Virus record (IMG/VR): IMGVR_UViG_3300044646_003076
DNA length: 64,000 bases
Source of the DNA: a virus
Reading direction: 5' to 3' (one strand)
The notes beneath the pieces were generated by a model that did no database searches, was not told where the DNA came from, and saw only the letters and a program-made list of their open reading frames with translations. The position numbers were made by a program, and so were the translations under genes. Below, in pieces: positions 34,401 through 44,500 of this stretch (positions are counted from its first letter, which is position 1; the number at the start of each line of letters is the position of its first letter).

Positions 34401-36896
34401 ATAGGTAGCCAACATAAAGTAACATCAACATCCCAGACTAATAGATCTTTGGTGACTGTTGACAATATGATTCAATCTCCATTCGTATCAACAGCTCAAA
34501 CTTCATTTACCGTCAAGTCTGTTGGATTATTTGATAGTGAGATATCCCTTAATAGTATTGAGAACTTTGCTTCCGGTGATTTTCTTAAGATCCAAAATGA
34601 ATATGTAAAAGTTCTTTCCGTTGGAATAGGTTCAACTAATGTATTACTGGTTGATAGAGCAAAATTAGGTTCTTCGTTGTCCCAGTATTCTCAAAATACA
34701 ACCATAACTAAGGTAAAAGGAAACTATATTATAAACAATAATAGAATTTATTATGATTCAATAAATTCTAATCAATCTATGGATGGTGACTCTTCTTATA
34801 CTTTTGGTGGTAGAGTCTTTAATCGTACAGGTGAACCTGGATCTAGTAATAAAACCTATTTTGACAACTATATTTTTGATGATATAACAGATAATTTTAA
34901 TGGTAGCAATAAAGTCTTTAAATTGAAAGTTGATAATAGTGAAATTGAAACACATGATAATCGTAATGCAGTTGTACTCATTAATGGAATTTTCCAACAT
35001 CCAGGTCAAGAGTACACCATTACTGAAAATTTAGGAATTTCTTCCATATCTTTTATTGGATCCGCTAGTTCTGTATCATATGACGTGAATACTGCGACCA
35101 TTCCTAGAGGAGGAACTATTGTTTCCTTTGCTACCACTCAAGGGTTTGGTTATCAACCACTCGTTTCAGCCGGAGGAACTGCTGTTGTTTCTCTCGCTGG
35201 TTCTATTCAATCTATTTCTATTGGTAATAGTGGTTCTGGTTATAGAGTTGGTATTCAGACAGTAAGAGTTGGAATTCAAACACAAAATCTAGAGTCCACA
35301 TCAATAACATATGTTGGTGTTGCTAGTATTTCTAATGGTAACATTGTTAGTGTAGCAATAACAAATCCAGGTGTAGGTTACACAGCTTCTAGCGCCAACG
35401 TTATTTTTGATGCACCACTACCATACTCAAACATTCCATTAATCTCCTCGGGAGTAGGAACGGGTGCAAGTATTTCAATTGTTGTTGGGCAAGGTAGTAG
35501 TATTATTGATTATGAATTAACAAATACTGGTTATGGGTATAACAGTGGTGAAGAATTATCCCTGATGGTTGGTATTCCGACCACACCTGGACCTTTTGTT
35601 CCATTTAAGTTGAAAGTTGATGATACTTTTGATGATCAGTTTTCTTCCTGGGTTATTGGTGATTTACAGCCGCTTGATTCTTTTGATTCGTTCTTTGATG
35701 GTAGAAGAAGAAATTTCCAATTGAGAATATCAAATACTCCTATTTCAATTCAGAAAAATCCAGGGTCAACTCTAGATCTGGATCATACATTATTGATTTT
35801 TATTAATGATGTCTTACAGATTCCCGGTGTTTCTTATATCTTTAATGGTGGTAGTGTTGTACGATTTATTGAATCACCAAAAGCTACTGATAAATCTAAG
35901 ATCTTATTCTATCGTGGTACGAGTCAATATGACGTTGCCAATGTAGATGTAATAGAAGAGCTTAAAATTGGGGATAATGTACTAATTAATAGTGAAGATT
36001 TAGATTATCAACAAAGTGATCGTCTCATTACCGATATTCTTTCAACAGAAACAGTGGAAACCTATTTTTATAATGGTTCAGGAATATCTGATGATGAATC
36101 TAGAACTCGTCCGATAACACTCTGTCGCCAAACCGAAGATCTTATTATAAATGGTCAAGTGATAGGTAAAAATAGAACTTTTTATGATACATTAATAAAT
36201 CCTACAACAAAACTGATTTCTTCGGTGAGCATCGGTGCAACTCAAATATTTGTTGAAAATGTTAGAGCATTTTTTGATAATAAAAAAGAGTACCAAGAAA
36301 CCGATACTCCACAAAAAACCGTACAAATTATTTCACAAGATGATAATAATTTAAAATATGAGACTTTAACTACTGTTAAATACGATGGTGATTATGGTGT
36401 TATTTCTGGTATTAAAACTGCTCCAATTGGTATTGGATCTACAGGAATTGTATTCCAACTTTATATTCCACAAGAATCGCCATTAAGAATTGATTCTTAT
36501 GTTAATGGTGGTGTGAGCGGAATTAAAACAGGATATTATTTTAGTGTCAATAATTCCAATCTATCTAACGGTATTATATCACTGAATAATAATGAAACGG
36601 TAGTGGGTGTTGGTACAACATTCTTAAACAACGTTTACCGAGCATATTCAGTTTCTATTGCTCAGACTTCTGTTCCAGGTGTCGGAATTACCAATGTGGT
36701 TGAGGTTACAGCAAAAGTAGATCGTTTTGTGAGCGGAGTAGGAATTAGTAATTATTATGGAAATTATAGTTGGGGTAGATTGTATGACTACCTTAGAATT
36801 GATCCTAAAGAGTTTTTAGTAAATAATAGTGGCTTATCAACAGCCCCAATTGTTCAAAGAGCTAAAACAATAAAAACTGATAACTATTACAGCTAA
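25455..36896 (+). CDS. gp7: large baseplate wedge initiator, gp7-like (3813 aa)
   Basis: LKDFYQSKGTEES N-terminal motif; HPAGFK; between gp6 and gp8. Confidence 0.85.
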   Translation: MKIELSSIVENQLPLYVREEYPLAAEFLKQYYISDNANKIVQNIDEYLDLDVIFDIPESTILLNSIDFDDDVINVSSTKGSPETYGLLKIDNEIITYISKTDTSFNGCIRGFSAVERAASSQLVFTDSNAAIHNSESKVYNLSSFFLKEFFFKIKQKIAPGFENRNLYSSLNQANFLKHLKDFYQSKGTEESFRLLFAALYGTDVKLILPRDRLFSASNAQYRVTKKLVVEALQGNPKELVNGTIYQDSDGFIPEARGTITYIEQIIRNNKPYFVISLDYDYDKDIDVSGSLKSEFTVHPQTLTLSVSTSNSSFIDVDSTVGFPDSGTLITKNEDGTDLVIQYTSKSLNQFLGCSGITSEIKQGSSVRFDSFAYGYNSNQEIVKLRVTGVLDEPQFIDDTNSYNPKEEFEIETLGFPSVDLRANDWKFNIPLTYNIASIELLDFSDLSYKVETIDNCVFSVGDNCVLVPPSSIENPGTVSNILNNNTIVASFDSPVNLEQTHVLKKIITKTRFQDAPELDIYNANVQNTYLDSDKNVYVLSPSLPSYLFAELTTNTGKITFSGTFNNQIDLPTDHPFFTGDIIVYRPDSSTNKLLDEGIYFIKKVDEKTIKLALSRENLYNQTYVEFSGSVTNSTLEFFEFTGLNLAPKSIQPQNLIRKLVTPRLSSQRNETTLSAVGILKNGVEIMNYKSPHQIFYGPITKVVASAPGKDYDIINPPTLTLTDQSGSGALIHPAITGSLKRIDLVYSGFDYIDEPSITIKGGNGKNASAKANLIDFDHIEFFNANNVSLTQEIIGFSTYHKFRHGEEVVYNANGQPPVGGLISREKYFINVKNGIEVSLHKNQSDAISGISSINLTTKSTGLHSLKALNKKKKIGSISVLSEGENYKYRKNLITGINTSTGIIEVKDHKFESGELVFYYTSSTPSTGITNNTQYYVNVIDENHVTLAGINTIKSDDFNYLSGQYIGITSLSSSIQYLSYPPIEVELKGRIGVTTFDSTTFNSEIIPIFRGGIVDVTLESGGSSYGSQDILDYSIEPKITITKGSGAQLKPIINNGKIIGVIIQYAGSNYKSTPDVIVQGDGYNAILTPIIQNGIIVDVKIISGGFGYTTEKTFITINSSGEGAQFKTTIRSWRINNFEKLYKSNYFSEDDGVIANALNPNNGLQYYHLFAPRKLRSSTYSKNVLNGVTVFQKDLQVDQNNKEIDSTVHSPILGWAYDGNPIYGPYGYASRFNSTSIKQLTSGYTLKTNLALENENRPDQNIYTVGLFVEDYEYTASGDLDEHNGRYCVTPEFPNGVYAYFTTFEDVASTSGAFANYKKPKFPYVIGNSYYSKAIDFNFDPKSNQSQVNFSDLGLLRNTLPYNLKSNNTNYEGLLLPYEVKKAIFTIKTVNPSNINKIDVLHGGDGYKVNDTIELESNNLAKISKIRGKSVTGVACSENFVENLELLSKNSELIAYSTTPHPFKDGDSLFFSSYDGKNTKQKVKIRENQLILSVGVQSSSITGIVTHFNVYGNLSEDDIKPNDIYKIGNEEIKILTVDNIGSRVWIERQYNGTSGINSFPVGFAFTEKSRKLIFSNNIGISSNIINKQYYFKPSESVGLGTTTTNRVFISSPGVGATFIDIPARSIYLENHNLQTNAKLSYSAHGNQPISVLINGVTGVLLNTFSSLYVARYNDNLIGLSTTPIGIGSTGSFIGIGTTTSLLSFTNFGDGSYHSFNTQYTSLKGDVIKQDIIVSAASSHNLSLEDNINLSVISGITTHIRLKYSDYNRRITSKEVSIQNVDIDNNILKFNEHSFKTCERVIYTTTSSISGLNNNGIYYVISINKFKLKLATSKYNAENLIEVDLQSGGSGSLSSINPPLRLERNSTIVFDLSDSSLGYVKNGFSYSAFSFDVYYDPELNFSYFNNGKSPQLNLTFSGSIGVNTDARATLKIDEFTPSILYYDLKPLNREVPTVKYEKVIDIIQINYNTLRIEESSLSGNYKIKSFGEDTFVLESRNLIDNKTYLDDDNTLTYTTNSESSSGAIVEIQLTKNNNNNYKLPNITKINSVNGSDANLEVSRVGIGSIKTITLNDIGFDYSSDYTVKPKLNLPKILKSEPLYTIDRVEVISTPVTYYVPPKLVLIDNHNNKPLLDAVFSYNTQQGTVDIIKNTKNIIGTNPYIVPTNNSFGLEISNISFNPTTKDVTVQLNQEFNELSEFPFEVGEGVLIENVIVGENEKGYNSSGYDYTLFTIKNIDPNIGGIGATFGYSMSDILEQNEVLGIYTGQTLKGNAVPEKYLPTFNVSVNQTEFVIGENIHCDGSSGIIVDQNLSNNFIKVLTKDDLKIGSKLTGQTSKTNIIISDIVDFEGYLNVKSTSTVIDGWKRETGFFNNNLQRIHDNDYYQYFSYSLSSDVEYSKWNEVVSDLVHPAGFKKFSDLTVYCESPETEFASTLDVEVTPIVDIEIDLNLNCVDNFDLVRENSFIIDDELASNEIYFNSTLLQDYVESIGNRVISIDDFVLDFSNPPNDIESVALDSFNKNDYYYKRYFISVRDKWYQEKSNLIIVNVLHNNTEVDSNQYAELYTEDSFGYFDATLTNNNCDLQFYPEDFEGSNYYLESLSYGIGKNTLGVSTVNLGNMARIEYSGSIHPVGIATTTIVGISSSILAAKIIVGIAYTNNSHYEVDELNLVHNGSTIRLVNYGELVLSSISSGIGTYYAYYTGNKINIDLIPNVVGTGTQYYLNTITNTISNIVGVGSTAIGQSIIVSSASTTSLGIATEVVRYSNNNSGSYSIVSIDNLTNLTSSVVEFTSLYNKKTNNTVYTSYAENVTNGSLGIISSYVKNDNIIVEFKPNNSDSYSIRAINNILATSQDKTSVGVNTSFVIETDYSQYDARNYGFVDNFEALHNENPIFSKTFNGESVNNVLISENKIRLPNHYFVSGEEVTYEYDSSPIGIGTTFIVGIGITTKLPSKIFIIKVDDLDVKVAASASEALSLPPKPLTITSIGIGSQHKVTSTSQTNRSLVTVDNMIQSPFVSTAQTSFTVKSVGLFDSEISLNSIENFASGDFLKIQNEYVKVLSVGIGSTNVLLVDRAKLGSSLSQYSQNTTITKVKGNYIINNNRIYYDSINSNQSMDGDSSYTFGGRVFNRTGEPGSSNKTYFDNYIFDDITDNFNGSNKVFKLKVDNSEIETHDNRNAVVLINGIFQHPGQEYTITENLGISSISFIGSASSVSYDVNTATIPRGGTIVSFATTQGFGYQPLVSAGGTAVVSLAGSIQSISIGNSGSGYRVGIQTVRVGIQTQNLESTSITYVGVASISNGNIVSVAITNPGVGYTASSANVIFDAPLPYSNIPLISSGVGTGASISIVVGQGSSIIDYELTNTGYGYNSGEELSLMVGIPTTPGPFVPFKLKVDDTFDDQFSSWVIGDLQPLDSFDSFFDGRRRNFQLRISNTPISIQKNPGSTLDLDHTLLIFINDVLQIPGVSYIFNGGSVVRFIESPKATDKSKILFYRGTSQYDVANVDVIEELKIGDNVLINSEDLDYQQSDRLITDILSTETVETYFYNGSGISDDESRTRPITLCRQTEDLIINGQVIGKNRTFYDTLINPTTKLISSVSIGATQIFVENVRAFFDNKKEYQETDTPQKTVQIISQDDNNLKYETLTTVKYDGDYGVISGIKTAPIGIGSTGIVFQLYIPQESPLRIDSYVNGGVSGIKTGYYFSVNNSNLSNGIISLNNNETVVGVGTTFLNNVYRAYSVSIAQTSVPGVGITNVVEVTAKVDRFVSGVGISNYYGNYSWGRLYDYLRIDPKEFLVNNSGLSTAPIVQRAKTIKTDNYYS

Positions 36897-36916
36897 ATAA
36901 GTAAAAACATTAAGAA

Positions 36917-38503
36917 ATGGCGTCCATTAAAAGGGATAAATTAAGAATAACCAACGCTAAGCAATTCGTTGTCGGTATAACCACAACTACGAATTCTTAT
37001 TATACTTTTATTGGTCTTTTGAATCCCGAAGCATATAAGTCAGATTGGAATATATCTCCTCAGTTACCTAGAGATAATTTTTCAGAAGAGAATGATTATT
37101 GGGACACCATGATCGCTCTTAAAAAAGTGAAGGTTGATGATGTTCGGATGATTGTTAAAAAAAATGTCTGGACTTCGGGTACAGTCTATGATATGTACCG
37201 CCATGATATTAGTGTTGTTAATACAGCTAAACCTTCTGGTGCAACTAGCCTTTTTACATCCAATTACTACGCTATTAATAGTAATTACGATGTGTATATT
37301 TGTTTGAATAATGGAACTAATCCCGAATATCCATCTGGTAGACCTTCATTAGATGAACCATTTTCCAAAGATTTAGAACCAACAACACCCGGAACAAGTG
37401 GTGATGGTTATGTTTGGAAGTATCTTTACACAATTAAACCCAGTGATATTATCAAGTTTGATAGTAAATTTTATATTCCGCTCCCGAGAGAATGGGGCGC
37501 TGATTCTCAAACATCATTAGTAAAAAATAATGCGATCACTAGCGGACAACTTAAAACAGTAGTTATTAAAAATCGCGGTCTTAATGTAGGAACACCCAAT
37601 TCAACCTACGCGAATGTACCCATTAAAGGTGATGGTTCGGGTGCTCTCGCAACAATCGTAGTCAATAATGATTCTAAAGTTGATTCAATAACGGTATCAA
37701 GTGGTGGTAGTAATTATACTTATGGTAGTGTAGACTTAACGGGTGGTGGAGTTCCTCTTGGTACCACTAGACCCGAATTTGATGTTATAATTCCTCCTTC
37801 TGGTGGACATGGATTTGACATTTATAATGAATTGGGTTCTTATCGGGTGATGGTTCAAGTTCAAAATGAAAACGATGAAACTAATCCCGACTTTATTCAA
37901 CAAAATGAATTTTCTAGAGTAGGATTGATTCAGAATCCACAAAAATTTAACTCTAATACTCTCTTAACCGATGATAAAGTTAGTGCTCTTTATGCCTTAA
38001 AACTTGTTGGTATCACAAGTGTCAATGACTACAAAAACGCTAAATTTACTCAAGATAGTATTATCACCCAGACTATTGGAACTGGTATTACGGCTGCAGG
38101 TAGAGTTGCATCTTATGATTACTCAACTGGAGTTCTTAAGTATTGGCAAGATCGTAGTTTGGTAGGATTTAACACAGATGGAACTCAAAATAATACTCCA
38201 ATCTATGGATTTAATCTAAACAGATTTACTCCCAATATAACATCCGGTGGCTCATTGGTGATTTCAGGTGAGTCTAATAATTTGAATCTTAAAATTGATT
38301 CTTCTTTTGGTACAGAAAGTAATCCGGGTATAACCACAGTAATAAATAATAGAACATATCAATTAGGACAATCTTTTATTGGTGGTGTTTCCCAACCCGA
38401 AGTTAAAAAATACTCTGGGGATATCTTAGTTGTTGAGAATAGGGCACCAGTTCCTAGATCACCAAGCCAAAAAGAACATATCAAAATTAACATTCAATTC
38501 TAA
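36917..38503 (+). CDS. gp8: baseplate wedge subunit gp8
   Basis: WDTMIALKK, DGYVWKYLYTI and KKYSGDIL.VENR motifs. Confidence 0.92.
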   Translation: MASIKRDKLRITNAKQFVVGITTTTNSYYTFIGLLNPEAYKSDWNISPQLPRDNFSEENDYWDTMIALKKVKVDDVRMIVKKNVWTSGTVYDMYRHDISVVNTAKPSGATSLFTSNYYAINSNYDVYICLNNGTNPEYPSGRPSLDEPFSKDLEPTTPGTSGDGYVWKYLYTIKPSDIIKFDSKFYIPLPREWGADSQTSLVKNNAITSGQLKTVVIKNRGLNVGTPNSTYANVPIKGDGSGALATIVVNNDSKVDSITVSSGGSNYTYGSVDLTGGGVPLGTTRPEFDVIIPPSGGHGFDIYNELGSYRVMVQVQNENDETNPDFIQQNEFSRVGLIQNPQKFNSNTLLTDDKVSALYALKLVGITSVNDYKNAKFTQDSIITQTIGTGITAAGRVASYDYSTGVLKYWQDRSLVGFNTDGTQNNTPIYGFNLNRFTPNITSGGSLVISGESNNLNLKIDSSFGTESNPGITTVINNRTYQLGQSFIGGVSQPEVKKYSGDILVVENRAPVPRSPSQKEHIKINIQF

Positions 38504-38508
38504 TTACA

Positions 38509-41500
38509 ATGCCACAAGAGACCAACTTAAACGTATCTCCATATTTTGATGATTTTGACAAGGATAAAAAGTATTATAAGGTTTTAATAAAACCCGAATC
38601 TCCAGTACAAGCAAGAGAGATCAATAATCTTCAGTCTATTTTTCAAAATCAAATTGAGTCTCTAGGTGATCACATTTTTAGAGAAGGCGCAAAAGTCATT
38701 CCTGGACAAACGAGTTATAATCGCTACTATAATGCTGTTGAACTTGAAAACAGTTTTTCTGGAGTAGATTTAGAAACTTATCTTTCATTCATAGTTGGAA
38801 AGAAAATCATCGGATCAACTTCCGGCGTTGAAGCTGTTATTGATAGTGCTATCACATCTAATGAATCTGAACGGAATAATGTAACCATTTACGTTAATTA
38901 TCTATCAGCAAGTAGTGTTAATAATTCAACATTAACTTTTCTTGACGGAGAGAATCTTTTAATTCAAGAAAGTATTATCACTTCCTCTATTGCTTTTGAG
39001 GCCGGACAGGCAATAGCTAAAACTATCTCACTGAGTAGTAATTCTCTATCATCAACTTTTACTGTCTCTGAAGGTGTTTATTATCTTCGTGGGCATTTTG
39101 TTGTTGTAGATACTCAGACATTAATTCTAGATCAATACGATAATAATCCAACTTATAAGATTGGATTTACTATTGAAGAAGAAATTATAACTTCCGATAT
39201 TGATCCTTCACTCACCGATAATGCAAAAGGATTCAATAACTATGCCGCTCCTGGTGCAGATAGATTTAAAATAACAGCAATTCTGGATAAAAAGGAAATC
39301 GGTGATACACTCTCCGATAATTTTGTAGAGATTACTAGAATAGAAAATGGAATTATTCGTAATAATCCTAATGATCCATTATACAATATTATTGAGGAAA
39401 AGTTTGCAAAAAGAACTTATGACGAATCAGGTGATTACTACGTTCGTAGATATGATGTTTCCTGTGAAGAGTCTTTAAATAATAGAATTGGAAATAATGG
39501 TATCTTTTTTGAAGGTGCCAAGACCTATCAGGGTAATACTCCTTCAGATGATCTCGCAATCTATAAAGTATCTCCTGGTAAAGCTTATGTTAGAGGATAT
39601 GAAGTAGAAATAAATGCTCCAACTTTCTTAGATATCACAAAACCTAGAACCACGAAAGTTATTGGAAACCAGTCATTAATTTATTCAACTGGAACGACTC
39701 TCTCATTAAACAATGTTTACGGTACACCTGAGATCGGTATTGGTAATACATTCACTCTTTCTCTTAGAGATTCAAGAATAGGTGTTGGTCTTTCTACTGC
39801 ATCGGGTGATGAAATTGGTTTGGCCAGAGTGTATGATTATGCACTAGAATCTGGTTCTTATCAAACATTATTAACAACCAATGTTTGGGATCTAACACTT
39901 TATGATATTCAACCTTATACTAAGATAACACTCAACCAACCAGCCACGATTTCAACACCTGCTTATTTCGTCGGTAATTCTAGCGGTGCTACTGGTTATC
40001 TCAAAACCAGTATTAGTAATTCATCCAATGTTGTTCTTTATAATGTTTCTGGTAAGTTTGTTGAAAATGAATCATTTACTATCAATAATATTACAAACAG
40101 TAGAATTGGTACCGCTGTTACATCTTATGGTATTTCGGATGTTAAATCTGTTTATGGTTCTTCTACATATGGTCCTTTTAATGGTGACGTTGTTCAAACA
40201 GATTTCTTATCCGTTGGTATCTGCTCTATTACTGCAGAAGTTGCAAATGAATCCACAATTACGATCAGTGGTTTAAACTATATTAATAGCTTCAATAAAA
40301 ATGATCTTGTTAGATTCTCATTACCAACTCAAGGTACATTACCTTTTGTTGCGAAAGTAAAATCTTTTAGTAATACCAGTCAAGCTACTAATCTTGTTGT
40401 TACTGGAGTTACTACAGTTGCTGGAGTTTATGATGGTAAGTTACCTTCCAGTGGAACTAATCTTACAGATTTAACTCTTATTAAGACTAGCACCGGTTCG
40501 GGTAATCAAACTCAACTTTATACTCCACTCTCTAGACAAAATGTTAGAAATGTTGATCTAAGTGAATCTAATCTCATTATCAGGAAGCAGTATAAAGTAA
40601 ACATTACTACAAATTCTACTAATACACTAACTGCTGGGGATGATTACTTTTTCTTACCATATGACGAAGAGCGTTATTCACTAATTCGCTCTGATGGTGT
40701 TGTTGAACCTCTAACCTCTGATAAGTTTGATATCTCTTCTGGCGGTAAACAGCTCACTATTAATGGTTTGGGGTCCAATGATACCAATTCAGTTTTAATT
40801 ACTACACAGAGAAAAATTAACGTAACAGCTAAAGTAAAGCAAAAACAGAGAGTTAATTCAATCGTTATTGATAAATCTTCGCTGCCTTCTTCTGGTATTG
40901 GAACTACTACCCGCAATGATAAACTCATTTACGGTAATTATCCTTATGGTACTAGAGTTCAAGATACGGAAATTTCATTAAATGTTCCTGATGTTATTGT
41001 GGTTCATGGTATTTTTGAATCACAAAATTTAGAAGAACCAACGGCACCTAAAATGGTTCTTTCTAATATCAGTCCAACCAATAATACTAGCGCAATTCTT
41101 ATTGGTGAACAATTTATTGGACAGACGAGTGGCGCAGTTGCAATCTGCGCGGATATTGTGGATAGCGACGAGATTCATTTTATCTATAAAAACAGCACGG
41201 TATTCCAAACTGGTGAAGTTGTATCCTTTAAGGAATCACAACTAACAGCGAAAGTTAGTCAGATTACCTCCAACAGCAAGAACATTACAAATTCTTATCT
41301 CTTTGATAATGGACAAAGAGAATCATATTATGATTATAGTAAAATTATCAGAAGATCTGGTGCATTAGAGCCACAATCAAAAATTATTGTTTATTTTGAT
41401 AATCTCACATATAGCAGTCAAGATGCAGGTGATATTACTACGGCATCATCTTACATAACTTTTGATTATAAGAACGATATTCAATCTCATAATAATATAA

Positions 41501-44500
41501 GAAATACTGATATTGTTGATATTAGACCCAGAGTTGATAATTACACTGTTCAAATAGATGCGAGATCACCTTTTGAATTTGAAGGTAGAAAATTCACACA
41601 AACAGGAAACTCGTCCACTAATATTCTTGCTTCAGACGAAGAATTAATTCTCAACTTTGATTATTATCAACCGAGAATTGATAGAATTTTTCTCAATAAA
41701 GAAGGGAACTTTATTGTTCAAAAGGGAACACCTTCTGATGAACCAGCACTACCCCAATCCGTAGATGATTCTATTGAAATTGCAAAGGTATTTTTACCAG
41801 CATATCTCTATGACACAAACAAAGCTTCAGTAACACAATATGATTATAAGAGATATCAGATGTCTGATATCTCAAAACTAGAGACAAGAATTAAAAATCT
41901 TGAAGCCTACACCACATTATCTCTTCTTGAAACCGAAACGTCCAATCTTTTTATTCCTGATGCTAGTAATCCAGGTCTAAACCGTTTTAAATCGGGTTTC
42001 TTTGTTGATAATTTTAAAACTTTAACCGCACAAGATGAAAGTGTTGGTATAAGAAATGCCGTAGATCCTAAAAATGGAGGAATGAGACCATCTCACTATA
42101 CTTCTTCAATTCCTCTTGTAATCGGAACAAAAGAACTTCTTGGTGTTGGGAGTACAACCAATATTGATTATTCCAATATTACCACAAGCGATATTTTGGG
42201 TGATAATATTCAAAAAACAGGTGATATTATTACCCTGAAATATAATAGTATTAAATGGTTAGAACAACCATTCGCTACTCGTGTTGAAAATGTACAACCT
42301 TTCATTCTTAGTTTCTGGGAAGGAACACTTTCTCTTAATCCCTCTTCTGATATTTGGGTTGATACAGTAAGACTTAATCCCAAAACAATTCAAGTAGAAG
42401 GTGATTATCTCGCTACTCTTAACAGATTGGTCGCTTCTAATGGTATAAATGCTCAAACAGGAATCGGTCCTACTATCTGGGGTTCATGGTCATTACTCGG
42501 TTATGGTAATCCTCGCTGGGTAAGAAGCTCTGGATTCACTAATGGTATTCCTTCAGTATTTCAAGGAAGAAGCGTATTGGGTCCGGCTCGCTGGTCTGGA
42601 CATGCAGTAGATTCAGTCAGTAGTGGTATTATTCCTACCACTGGTCTATATGTGGAAGCTAGAGATTCATTTTCTTCACGAACCGGATCCCAGATGATCG
42701 TATCTGAAATATTTGATACTAGATCTCTTGGTGATTCGGTAGTGGCGGTTGATATTCTTCCAAATATGAGATCCCGGAATATTGAATTCCGATGCTCAGG
42801 TATGCAAAAAGGAATATTAGTGTATCCTTTCTTTGAAGGTGTAGATGTGAGCCGTTATTGTTTCCCTAAACTACTTGAGATCTCAATGACCTCAGGCACT
42901 TTCATTATCGGTGAAACAGTAAGAATTAAAACAACAGCTAATAATATTGAAGGATATTTCCGTATTGCACAACCTAATCATAAAAATGGAGGATTTAATT
43001 CACCTTCAGAATTTTATTCAAGTGAACCTTATCGCAATACCGTATTACCTACTTCTTATACCTCAACATCAACTATTCTTAATGTTGATACTGGATCACT
43101 GGCTCTCAAATCACAGGGCAATTATTATGGTAAAGTTCAGAATGGGTTTATTCTTATTGGCGAGAGTAGTGGTGCAGAAGCAACTGTTTCTGAGCTGAGA
43201 TTGGTTACTGATAATAACGGAGAAATTGTTGGTTCTTTTTATATTCCAGATCCTAATATTCCAGAGAATCCAGTATTTTCCACAGGCACCAAGATCTTTA
43301 AACTAACCAGTAATGTAACAAACACTCCAATTAAAGGGAGTCCGTTAAGTGCAGCAGAGTCTAAATTCTTTGCTGAAGGTAAGAGGCAATCTATCCAAGA
43401 AAAAGTTCTTTCTGTTAGAAACGCTTCCGTTACTACCAGAACATTCACGGAAACTAAATCGGAAGAAGTCTTCACTGGTCTTTATATTGATCCTCTCGCA
43501 CAATCTTTCTCATGTGATGAACCAACTGGTGTATATCTTACACATGTTGATGTCTACTTTGAGTCCAAGGATGCATCTATTCCAGTTAGATGCCAAATCA
43601 GAACGATGGAGCTTGGTACTCCAACTCAGACAATTCTTCCATTCAGTGAGATTTCCCTGAATCCAGATGATGTCAATATTTCTTCTGATGGTTCAGTATC
43701 AACAACTTTTAAATTCAGTTCTCCTGTTTATATTGAACCGGGTCAAGAAAACGCATTTGTTTTACTTTCTAACTCAACATCTTATAGAGTCTGGATTTCT
43801 AGACTTGGTGAACGCGATGTGTTTAGTAAAAAAATAGTTGAGACTCAACCAACTTTAGGATCCCTATTTAAGTCTCAAAATGCATCAACTTGGACACCTA
43901 GCCAATTTGAAGATCTTAAGTTCACTCTTTATCGGGCAGAGTTTGCTACCACTTCTGGATATGTGAATTTCTATAATCCAGATCTCAATGAAGCTAATTC
44001 ACAGATTCCTATTCTTACCAATAATCCATTAGATCTTATCTCAAGAAAAGTTAGACTTGGACTTGCAGTAACTATCACAGAAAGCGATAATAACTTTAAA
44101 TATGGACAAACAGTATATCAACCTAGCACCAATGCTCAGGGTATATACATTTCAAAAGTAGGATTAGCAACAGGGGGAACATCAAATGGTGGTTTAACAA
44201 TAACTTCTGCTGGAATTGGTTATACTCCAACATCAGGTACTCTCACGTATAATAATATTTCACTTTCACCAATAACCGGATCTGGACGCAACGCAACAGC
44301 CAATATCACTATTTCCAATGGTGTTGCAATTGGCGCAACCGTTGTTAATAGTGGAACTGGTTATCAAGTGGGCGACGTATTAACCGCCACACAAATTGGA
44401 GCAAATGCCTTAGGTAGAAATCTTAGAATCTCTATTGGTAATGTAACACAATTTAATGAACTCGTTCTTGATAATGTCCAAGGTAATTTTGCTACGGGAG